From: Octopus vulgaris
Lineage: Eukaryota
DNA length: 64,000 nucleotides
NCBI GenBank assembly: GCA_951406725.2
Contig: OX597824.1
Location: forward strand, 51,088,001-51,152,000
Reading direction: 5' to 3'
The notes under the pieces were generated by a model, which saw only the letters and a program-made list of their open reading frames with translations, was not told where the DNA came from and searched no databases. A program made the translations under genes and the position numbers. Shown piece by piece: positions 53,147-64,000 of this stretch; position 1 is the stretch's first letter; every line of letters starts with the position of its first letter.

Positions 53147-53270
53147 AAAACGGGAAAAGAAATATAAAGCGATTATCTCTCTTATACCAGAAGAAATCGC
53201 TTATTACCTCCCCCCTGCCTGGAACTCTTCTGCATAACGAAGACATGACACGATGTAGGTAAAAACATTT

Positions 53271-53309
53271 GAGAAATTTGAAAAGTTAACACGAAACCGG
53301 TAATTTCTC
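53271..53309 (+). ncRNA. decayed hammerhead motif downstream of the GIY-YIG ORF
   Basis: gagaaat-TTGAAAA-gttaacac-GAAA-ccgg-TA-atttctc: 7-bp stem I, palindromic ACCGGT, mutated core. Confidence 0.6.
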
Positions 53310-53739
53310 CAAAAACTATATTACTATATGCAAAATTGCTTAACATTCTTCTAACATAACGACTTAAATATATTCTTTAACCTTATAAAACAAGCCTTCT
53401 GTAGTTTATTCACTCTTTTCTATTTTCTATATATCCAACCACGTGCTTTCACAAACCAACTTTCTCACCTATGTATATATAGACGTGGTTGGATATATAG
53501 AAAAACTACGCATATGTGCGAGCGTGTATGTATATGTGTGTATATGTATATGTAAGTACACACACATACACACAAACATACATGTACGCTCGCGCACAGT
53601 CCGCCGGGGAGGCATTAATACTGGGGTTCGATTCCCCGCCGCGGAGGCTTTAATAAAAGATTAAAAGAGTATATGTATGTACATAGACAGATATGCAATT
53701 ATATATACAATATATATATATATACACATAGATGGATAT

Positions 53740-54290
53740 TTATATACATGGCTCCAAAGATAATATATACCACAACCGTTTTGATGATAATATGAATCAT
53801 AAAAATAGACCTAAGAATAGACATAGAAAAATATTTTGGTTCAGACCCCACTTCTCCCAAAATGTTAAAACTGACGTAAATCAGAGATCCCTGTATCTCT
53901 TAGATAAGCATTTTCTTTAAAATGATAAATGCAGGAAGATCTTCAGCAGACGCTCAATTAAATTATCATACAGCTGCTGTCCCAATATAAAGAGCATCAT
54001 TTCTTGTAAACACCGCCTACAGCCTACTCTCAATTATATTCTTTCCTACACTTGGACTAAAGTAAAGCCACTAAACTGGCTAGCTACTTATGGAACTTGA
54101 AGACCAACTCCGTGCGACATACATTTAAGTGGAAAATCGTAGAAAAATCCATGCCATAATTTGAGGGGTCTAAAAACTGCAACATATGCGTAGCTGAAAA
54201 ATCACATACTTTTTAGATTTAAGAATTCCACCGCACTTCTGAATTGCAGATTAGAAAATTTTAGCAAATACAAACAGGAAACGTATGAAC
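53740..54290 (+). pseudogene. decayed Penelope-like linker and GIY-YIG C-terminus (second PLE family)
   Basis: RKIFWFRPHFSQNVKTDV..LLDKHF..IKLSYSCCPNIKSII and SKNCNICVAEK..LLNCRLE. Confidence 0.75.
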
Positions 54291-54795
54291 AAGTTTCTTT
54301 TGGTGAATTAGAGAACATCATCCTCTCCGGATTGAGAAGCTGTATCGTTGATTCTACACCAACTCACTTTATGATTTTAGATCTAAAGGGACATAACTCT
54401 TATTCACTTCTTTTTTTGTTTCTTCTTTCCGTTTCTTTCTCCCTTCCAATATTTGCACCCGCCTTCCTCTCGTTTTTCACGTGAATTCTTTTGTTCTATT
54501 GTCCTCAGTTTTAACGTGCATAGGCCGTGTGCTCAGGGACTCAAGATTGCTCAAGGACACAAGGCCTGTTCTTAAAACATACTTAGAAAGCATCTTCAAT
54601 TTATGAAAGTTTTAGTCGCTCATAACAATATACTGTATATATTACACTCACACGCACACACGCACACACACACACAAGCACACATATATAAGTATGTTAA
54701 TTTATTTATCTACCTATTATCTATCTACATATTTATCTATCTACATATTATCTATCTACCTATTTATCTATCTACATATAAGTCAACACACAGAC

Positions 54796-54833
<38 letters not shown>

Positions 54834-54834
54834 A

Positions 54835-55017
54835 GCCTTTAGTCGAGCTTATAGACCCTAGGACTAATTCTTTGTAAGCCTAGTACTTATTCTATCGGAG
54901 CCCTTTTGCCGAACTGCTAAATAACGGGGACGTAGACATACCGATATCGGTTGTCAAGCGATGGTGGGGGACAAACACAGACACACAAACATATAGATAC
55001 ATACATACACACACACA

Positions 55018-55111
<94 letters not shown>

Positions 55112-55275
55112 CATATATACGACGGGCTTCTTTCAGTTTCCGTCTACCAAATCCACTCACAAGGCTTTGGTAGGCCCGAGGCTATAATAGAAGACACTTG
55201 CCGAAGGTGCCACGTAGTGGGACCGAATCCGAAACCAAGTGATTGGAAAACAAGCTTCTTAACACATAGCCGCCC
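54835..55275 (-). mobile_element. SINE family A with expanded internal (CA)n(TA)n
   Basis: Both halves contiguous across the microsatellite. Confidence 0.9.
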
Positions 55276-55276
55276 C

Positions 55277-55315
<39 letters not shown>

Positions 55316-55353
55316 TGCATATATGTGTATATATATAGAAACATATGCACACG

Positions 55354-55405
<52 letters not shown>

Positions 55406-55456
55406 TACATATATTGTACATATACAGACATATGGAGAGAGGGATAGACAGACAGC

Positions 55457-55531
<75 letters not shown>

Positions 55532-56246
55532 AAAAAACAAATAGGTGGTGTGAGCGAAAGGGAGAGAGAGAAAGGGGAAAAGGAGGGAAATAACTTCACT
55601 GATAAGGTGATGTTTTGTTATTATTAGTTGTTGTTTTAAATCGATTTGTCTTTGACAGCTGTCTGCAATGGCCCAATGATCTCCTACATTCACCTCAGTA
55701 AACTTGATTTACCTATACAAAATTTCGCCAATTTTCCTTACTTTTTTTTCTTAATTTTCTTTTATTGTATATTGTTTATGTTTCTATTTCTTCTCTTCGT
55801 ATTTATTTAATTATTTTTGGTTTTGTTCCTGCTTATGTAGTTAGTATTAGTACTAGTATTATTGCATATTTTGTTTACATATGTCTGTGAAGGTATTTGT
55901 GTTTGCGTGTATGCTTGTGTATGTGTGTATGTGCACGCGCTTGTGGGCGTATGTGTGTTCGCGTGTATGTGTGTGTGTGTTTGTGCGTTTACACTTTTTA
56001 AACTTTTGTTTTTATCCTCAAATCTTTCGTTTGTTATTTAACCTTGTCAAGATAAATGCAGCACCATGACTCAAATAGACACAGAGGCATCCGACCCCAC
56101 CCACCAACCCATATATACACGAATATATATGAATATGCATATATACATATCAATACATATATACGTACATACATATATGCCAATAATATTTACACATGCA
56201 TGTATTATATAGTGTTTATATACAAACTTACACACACATACACACT

Positions 56247-56287
<41 letters not shown>

Positions 56288-56292
56288 GTATG

Positions 56293-56326
<34 letters not shown>

Positions 56327-56497
56327 TGTATATATGTATGCATGTATGTATGTATGCATGTATGTATGTATTTATGTATGCATGTATAGGTTCAGTCATA
56401 GTAGTGTTGTAAGAAGTTTGCTCCTAAAGCACATGGTTCCAAGTTCGGTCCCATTGCGTGGTATCTTGGCAAGTGTGTGTGTGTGTGTGTGATGAGG

Positions 56498-56541
<44 letters not shown>

Positions 56542-56699
56542 CCTTCTCGAGCCATACCAGGCTCATGAGGGTCGGTTTCAGTATATACTCCCCATCTATG
56601 CGGAACGACGGTCCGTCGCAGGATTATTCATTTTTGAGTGAACTGGAGCAACATGAAATGAAGTGTTTTGCTCAAGAACACCCGGTCCTCTCACTTTCC

Positions 56700-57790
56700 T
56701 TATAAAGTTAAAGTCTGAAAGACTTGGCCAAATTGAAAGGTGTCTACCTTCAGCTCTCTCTGTCTGGTCCATCACAAAACCAGACAGAAAAAAATGTCTC
56801 CTGTTCTCTCACGGCCAAAGGAAGTTGGCCGGTTGATCTTCACGATGGACTCAGTAGATAGCTTGATTCTGGTAGCACTGTTTGGCCAAAGACTCCTGGA
56901 AATTATACGTGGGTTACCCGGAACCATCCAGCCAGTTGATTCGCGTCAACGCCCAGAGTTACCCCGAAAGCGTCGTCGGACTTTCTCACCATAAACCTCC
57001 TGTCGAATGTCAAAGTGGAACATCTACTAATCTCATTGCCCTACTGACAGAGGACCGTGCGTGCCTAACTACACTCTATACACCAATCCTCCCTGCCTCA
57101 GTCTACGCTTGATTCACGTCTGCACCACTGTTAAAGAGACTAAGTGTGCAAAAGTCCGTCTACCAAATGACGGCCATACCTGTTCCTTGTGAAGGAAACG
57201 CTGGAGATCTCGCAGCCTCGGCGCATGTGTGTGTGTGTGTTTTGTCTTTTATTCAGTGAGTATTGACAAAAATAAAGCGTCTGACCTGTGGAACACTTCC
57301 CTTCCGGAGAAAGAAGAGGAGCAGGCGCTCCAGCCCGGTGAAACGTTAACTGGGGCAAAGTGCGGCGGCCAGATGATAATATGTGACAGAGGCGATGAAA
57401 TTGTTTGCTCTCACTATCTAAACTTTCAAGAAAGCTTTCCCTCAGCCCGACTTTTTTTTTTTGTGATTTAGGCCACCCTGCTTCTCACTGCGTCTCAGTT
57501 CTTGTCCGCTGGAGGACTGAACCAAATCAACCCTAAGCAATGTAGCTGCTTCATCCGTCCAGCGCCATGCGACGCTGTTGCACAGCATGGAACTCCTTCA
57601 CCCCGCTCAGAGCTGAAGCTTTACTGACTCTTTTGGTTGAATTTTGCTGCTACCATCGCCTCGTAGTCTCTTAGAGCAGTGACGACCACTTCGATGTGCT
57701 TGGTCAAACCGGTATAGTTTAACACTAACTAAACATTCAATGATATCGCAAAAAAACTGACGGGCTGTATACAAATTAGCTGTTAATGAC
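56700..57790 (-). pseudogene. decayed Tx1/L1-clade ORF2 (RT C-terminal half)
   Basis: Minus fragments LRDYEAMVAAKFNQK, RANNFIASVTYYHL, LERLLLFFLRKGSVPQVRR, HAPRLRDLQRFLHKEQVW resemble L1/Tx1 RT-thumb motifs. Confidence 0.7.
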
Positions 57791-58982
57791 GGAAGCATTA
57801 GTCTTCCCACTTCTCTTGGATGTGCTGTTGTGAACGGCATAGGCTGCGGTAATCTTCCTGAGAAAACATCTCGTATAGATGTTAAGTCCTAAAAAGTATA
57901 GATTTCTCAGGCGGCTTTTGCGGTTTTTCGATCTCGTAATCGGTGGTAGGATGCCTGTTGCTGATAATGCGCAAACTTCGCAGAAATCACATGATACCAC
58001 AAGCCATCCGACGGTGCTGATGAAATTTCGTTTGTCGATTATAATCTGAGCTTTTTAGCACTTAACAAGATGGTTTGCCAAAACGATTACCTCAACCTGC
58101 GGCGTTCAAAACAACTCACCAAAGTTAAGTTGGATAAGCAAATTAATAATTATTACAGAGGTTATTTCTGTCACTAACTCCTAATGTTTGTGTGAGTGGG
58201 TGTGTGTGTGTGCACATACACATATATCTGCATGTATGTATGTATGTATGTATGTATGTATGGATGGATGGATGGATGTATGTATGTATGTATGTATGTA
58301 TGTATGTATGTATGTATGTATGGATGGATGGATGTATACGTATGCATGTATTTATGTATGTCTGTATGTATATATGTATGTACATGTACAAGGTACATTC
58401 TAGTTCCTGTAATCGCTGTATCTTTGTGTTGATTCATCAATATATTCATCTTTCCAGCTTACTGATTGTTTTTCTATCTATCATCATATCTACCATTCTC
58501 TTTATCTGCATCATACAAATTCATACTTAACATCAATTACACTCTCGATATTTAACACTATTAAACAAATCTGAAAGAAAATTAAATAATTTCCCAAGAA
58601 AAAGAAATTTATATTTGAAAACAAATTATAATTTAATGTGAAAAACAAAAAGCAAAATTGATCCGGCTTTAAATTTTACACATGCTGTTGTGGACGTAAT
58701 TCACTTGGTATATTATTTTAGCTTTGTGTATATTTATTTTTGTGTTGTTTGTCCATGGTTGTTTTAGTTATTGATACTGTTTACTTGTTTTTATCTTTGT
58801 ACTTTCAACGATTTGAATTTAAACTTTAGCTACGTTTTGTTTTCTATCATTGCCGATCTCTCCTTAAATTTCACACACAATTACACACACACACACACCA
58901 TCTTTCATTCTTCTGTTTCTTGTTCCCCTCTCTTTAGTTTCTGTACATTCTTTGTCTTACTCCCCCTATGATTTGTAAATAT

Positions 58983-59059
<77 letters not shown>

Positions 59060-59282
59060 CACAGGCACACAAACAAACACAAAGAAGCAAATACTTCAGT
59101 ATACCTTCATGTAAACATTTGTCGATCGTTCATCTTTTTTTTTTCACTTTATTTCCGATTCGTTTGAATTTACACATTTACAAAAGCTTACAGGCACACA
59201 ATACGACCACAAACATACACATGTGTGGGAATAACAACACATACACATACATACATACATACATACATATATACAGGCATAC

Positions 59283-59313
<31 letters not shown>

Positions 59314-59605
59314 TGTATATATATATTTAGATGCAAGTATACACACACACATATATACTTACAAACGTATCTATATATAACTACATATATAAGTATGTGC
59401 GTGCATATGTATATATGTTTGAATATAAACATGTATATATATATACACATAAACATACATAGATACATGCATATATTACAGAAATATACATGCATACACA
59501 CTTACATATATGCATGCATGCATGCAAATACACGCCACACATGTACGTATATATATAAAAAATTGTGTATGTGTGTTTGTATGCATGTATATATAAATAT
59601 GTATG

Positions 59606-59659
<54 letters not shown>

Positions 59660-59786
59660 CATATATACATACATTCATACACACATACATATACTCGCAC
59701 GCCTGAATACACACACACACAAACACACACTCCTATGTAAACATACAGAAAAGTTTTCAAATAGCAACATGTGTGTGAGTGTGTGT

Positions 59787-59853
<67 letters not shown>

Positions 59854-60559
59854 TGTGAGCTTATGCACATGTATATATCTGTATTCTCATGACTCTAAAC
59901 CCATGAAAAAACTGAGGTTTCTATACTTAGATATATATTGAAACGACAGTTTTAGATGCACAATACACCTTTAATACACGACACAAGATGAAGAAAAGCT
60001 GTTGAGTAAAATTCATGACCAGGTTTCGGTTCCACATTGAATCTAATACCTAACGCTAGCTTCGATCTTTTCAAGAACACGTCAAATACACATACGTACG
60101 CAAATACCCGCATATACACGCACTCATACTCATACATGCCCTCGTCTCTCGAACAAATGTATGCTTTTCTGATCGAGGGGCCAATATCATAATAAAATAC
60201 ACAAATTGCATATATTCCTTCCTTGCATATATGCATCAGTGTGCGCATATATATATGTGCGTGTGTGTCTGTGTCTGCGTGCGTGCGTGCGTGCGTGCGC
60301 GTGTGTGCGTGCGTGCGAGTGTGTGTGTATTCTGTATATTAAGGTGTTCTATTCAATTTGTTTATCTGCATAATTGCCTCCATATCCGCTCAACCTGATC
60401 CCTTTTATAACCATTCTTTGCCCTGTAAAGACATCGGAGTCTAAGTTTGAATCATTTGAGCGCTACCAAGTGACTTTTTTAATGAGAATCTCTGGATTTC
60501 ATCTGTTGACTCTCTCTCACTCTCACTCACTCAGTCTTTCTCTCTCTCTCTCTCTCCCT

Positions 60560-60599
<40 letters not shown>

Positions 60600-60600
<1 letters not shown>

Positions 60601-60915
60601 CAGGCGCAGATGTGGCTGTGTGGTAAGAAGCTTGCTTCCCAACCACATGGTTCCGGGTTCACTCTCACTTCGTGGCACCTTCGGCAAGTGTCTTCTACTA
60701 TAGCCTCAGGCCGATTAGAGCCTTTTGGGTGGATTTGCCAGACGGAAACTATGTGTGTGTGCCTTTGTGTCTGTGTTTGTCCCTACACCATCGCTTGACG
60801 ACCTATGTTAGTATGTCTCCGGAACATAGCGGTTCAGCATAAGAGACCGATAGAATAAGTACTAGGCTTACAGCAGATAAGTTTTCCGCAGTCAAATGGC
60901 GGAAACCTGTAACAA
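60600..60915 (+). mobile_element. SINE family A
   Basis: aggcgcagatgtggctgtgtggtaagaagcttgcttcccaaccacatggttccgggttc. Confidence 0.88.
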
Positions 60916-61140
60916 AGAAGAGAGTATATATATATATATGTAACCGCGTGTGTATCGATTTTCTTTCTCCGTCTTCCCTTCCTTGGACCTTTCCTTTTTC
61001 TATGTTTCTGACGAAGAGCTCCGCTCGAAACTTAAATTCTTCTTTCTTTTCTTTCCTGAGCGTCCAATAACACTATATTTGTTCCATGTCCTCGCGTTGT
61101 TGAGTTTTCTCTTTGTTCATGTTTGGATTAACAATATATA

Positions 61141-62309
61141 TCTTTATATATATAAAACTGAGAATGTGTATCTGTCTGTCTGTCTGTCTGTCTGTGTGTT
61201 TCTTTAAAACTTGAGAACTACACAACCAATTTCATTCAAATTTTACACATGCCTTACTTAGGGTCGGGGGAGTGTCATCATTTTTTTTACTTTTTGCCTA
61301 GGGCGAGCCCACAGCAATGTCATATCTTCTCCACTACGATTCCCTAAAACTTGAGAACTACACAACCAATTCCATTCAAATTTTACACATGCCTTACTTA
61401 GGGTCCATGTAGTTTCATAGGAAAAAATGTTCAACTTCTTGCCTAGAGCGAGCCCATAGCAATATCATATCTTCTCCACTATTTCAGTATTACGTGTTAA
61501 AAGTGAAACAAAAACGTTTCTCTATTTTATGTCAGATACTTTCACTTTAACAATAAAAATAATAATAATAATTGAATTATATGAAGTAAGTAATAATTAA
61601 AATCAAACTAAAGTAACATAGCAAAAATAAAAATAGCAATTGGCATAAAATTGCATCAATGATTTGAACTTGAATAAGTGGTTTCACATGAATGGGAATA
61701 AATTAAAAATAAAATTAGCATGCAGAAATGGAATAGTCCAGATGGATAATAAAAAATTAAATTAAAGAAAAGACTATTGTCTATAAAGTATACAATGTAG
61801 AGAAAAATAAGATTTGAACACATGGAGGAAAGCACCTTCAAAAAGTGTCTTGGTGCGACTATGAAAGGTATCTAATCAGAGGCGGTAAATTCGCCACAAT
61901 AGAAGCAAGGTTCGAGTCAACGGAGCATGCAAGGGAGTACTCGATTCGAACTTGCAAAGTTGAAATATTTTACTTTTACCTTTATATCTGGGACGTAGGA
62001 CGTCCCGGAAAAAAATTTAAAATGCCCCCTCCCTCCAGAAGTAGAGGTAGGCTAGATTGTAGCCACACTTCTATACAAGAGGGAGGACAAGATACAATTG
62101 ATCGAAATTACAAGAGACGGGCTAATAATTCCAGTCTGTTATATATTTTGAGTATTGTTATCACTAACGATATCAAGATATAACTTTGTATTTTGTATTT
62201 TATGTGTAGATGTATATATATAGATGTACATGTAATATGTACACATAAACATACACATATATACATGCACTAGCACTATGACCCGGCAACGACGGGTCTT
62301 TAATGCTAG
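61141..62309 (+). mobile_element. non-autonomous Helitron with internal ~139-bp tandem duplication
   Basis: A|TCTTTATATATATAAAA start, gacccg-gcaacga-cgggtc hairpin, then CTAG|T; repeat units begin at ~61206 and ~61345. Confidence 0.75.
61810..62100 (+). pseudogene. fragment of a diverged ORF1 related to the ORF1-only element
   Basis: YLIRGGKFATIEARFESTEHAREYS..ILLLPLYLGRRTSR..LPPEVEVG*I aligns by eye with YISRGVKYATVWLLFDTPEEARSFA..ILFLPTYCGKKLTR..LPSGIEPQWI. Confidence 0.7.
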
Positions 62310-62344
62310 TATATATATATATATACTCTTTACTCTCTTTTACT

Positions 62345-62729
62345 CTTTTACTTGTTTCAGTCATTTGACTGCGGCCATGCTGGAGCACCGCCTTTAATCG
62401 AGCAAACTCGATCCCGGGACTTATTCTTTTGTAAGCCCAGTACTTATTCTATCGGTCTCTTTTGCCGAACCGCTAAGTAACGGGGACATAAACACACCAG
62501 CATCGGCTGTCAAGCAATGCTAGGGGACAAACACAGACACACACACACTCATATATATATACATATATACGACGGGCTTCTTTCAGTTTCCGTCTACCAA
62601 ATCCACTCACAAGGCTTTGGTCGGCCCGAGGCTATAGTAGAAGACACTTGCCCAAAGTGCCACGCAGTGGGACTGAACCCGGAACCATGTGGTTGGTAAA
62701 CAAGCTACTTACCACACAGCCACTCCTGC
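62345..62729 (-). mobile_element. SINE family A, best-preserved full-length copy
   Basis: Minus: gcaggagtggctgtgtggtaagtag (A box), ggttcagtccc (B box), internal microsatellite, tail gactgaaacaagtaaaagag. Confidence 0.92.
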
Positions 62730-62738
62730 ACTTTTATT

Positions 62739-62945
62739 CTTTTACTGGTTTCAGTCATTTGGAGCACCGCCTTTAGTCGAGCAAATCGACCCCAGGACTT
62801 ATTCTTTGAAAGCCTAGTACTTAGTCTATTGGTCTCTTTTGGCGAATCGCTAAGTTACGGGGACGTACACACATCAGCATCGGTTATCATGTGATGTTGG
62901 GGGGACAAACACAGACACACAAACATACACACACACACACACATA

Positions 62946-63008
<63 letters not shown>

Positions 63009-63163
63009 TACGACGGGCTTCTTTCAGTTTCTGTATGCCAAATCTACTCACAAGGCTTTGGTCGTCCCGAGGCTATAGTAGTGGCCAAGGTGCCACGCAG
63101 TGGGACTGAACCCAGAACCATGTGGTTCGTAAGCATGCCACTTACCTCACAGCCACTTCTACG

Positions 63164-63167
<4 letters not shown>
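62739..63167 (-). mobile_element. SINE family A, tandem neighbour
   Basis: Homologous to the preceding copy. Confidence 0.9.
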
Positions 63168-63233
<66 letters not shown>

Positions 63234-63236
<3 letters not shown>

Positions 63237-63475
63237 TTTATTTAAAAGCACCAAAAATATCACAAAAATTGTTACTCAGAGTTTCACATTTCCGTTCGTC
63301 GGATAGATTTGTTTAGAATTATAAACAAAAACCTCCGACGAATGGGAACGTGAAACACTGAGTAACAGTCTTTGTGATAATTTTACTGCTTTTTAATAAC
63401 GCATATTACTCTACCTCTGGCATTCGAGTACTATTTTTTCCATCTTGTTTCGCATTCATGTGCTTACTCTGGTAC
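63234..63475. mobile_element. inverted pair of Penelope pLTR-like ends with two CCGACGA hammerhead-like motifs
   Basis: 63269-63306 (minus) and 63331-63368 (plus: CCGACGA-atgggaacgt-GAAA-cactgag-TA-acag); same family as 35232-35303 and 36200-36280. Confidence 0.72.
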
Positions 63476-63880
63476 ATATATAAAGCAAATAAGTAACCAG
63501 GATGTCCTGGTATCTGTATATATATATATATATATAATAAATTTATGGTGATTTTAGAAAAAACTTCCCAGCTTCTCATATGTACAATAAAATCTCCGGT
63601 AAGACAATCAGAATCTTGTATCCCACCCTTCCTAATATAGATACTATTATTATCCAGTTTAATAGAAGAAATATAATATCCCCAGGGATTGGTAATAATA
63701 ATATTGTGAATAGTGCTTTAAACCCTTGTAATTATGATAATAATAGTGGGCATGTAGGAATCGAGGTCAATAAAACAATATAAACAATGATACCGCTAGA
63801 TATAACTCAGGCATTACCAATGCAGCACATGATACTATAATGAACTTAAGTGGTACTATACATGATAGAAATAATTCTTC

Positions 63881-64000
<120 letters not shown>

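Noticed and set aside
61206-61480. Direct repeats suggestive of a CRISPR-like array or LTRs
   Set aside because: Only two ~139-bp tandem units inside a Helitron, no spacers, eukaryotic context, no cas genes.

Overview
AT-rich, microsatellite-saturated eukaryotic DNA with no recognisable host gene; almost all ORF-track hits are translations of (TA)n/(CA)n/(CATA)n/(AAT)n repeats. The SINE families and repeat landscape resemble cephalopod (Octopus-like) genomic DNA, which is my inference and not a database result. The window is a transposon graveyard: several tRNA-derived SINE families, three mariner relics, one maT-like element, two non-autonomous Helitrons, and remnants of CR1-, RTE-, R4/Dong-, Tx1- and Penelope-type retroelements. 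Three things stand out. (1) A ~2.16-kb ORF1-only (zinc-knuckle, no RT) retroelement whose two diverged copies end at the same nucleotide of a tRNA-SINE head, one with a 16-bp TSD, suggesting a SINE-targeting Tx1-type parasite. (2) About 15 type-I hammerhead-ribozyme-like motifs from several unrelated Penelope-derived mini-elements, several with a CCGA core in place of CUGA, often in long inverted or tandem repeats. (3) The SINE's internal microsatellite repeatedly acts as a landing pad that splits the SINE halves by 2-5 kb of nested elements. All coordinates and translations were read by eye and are approximate at element edges.
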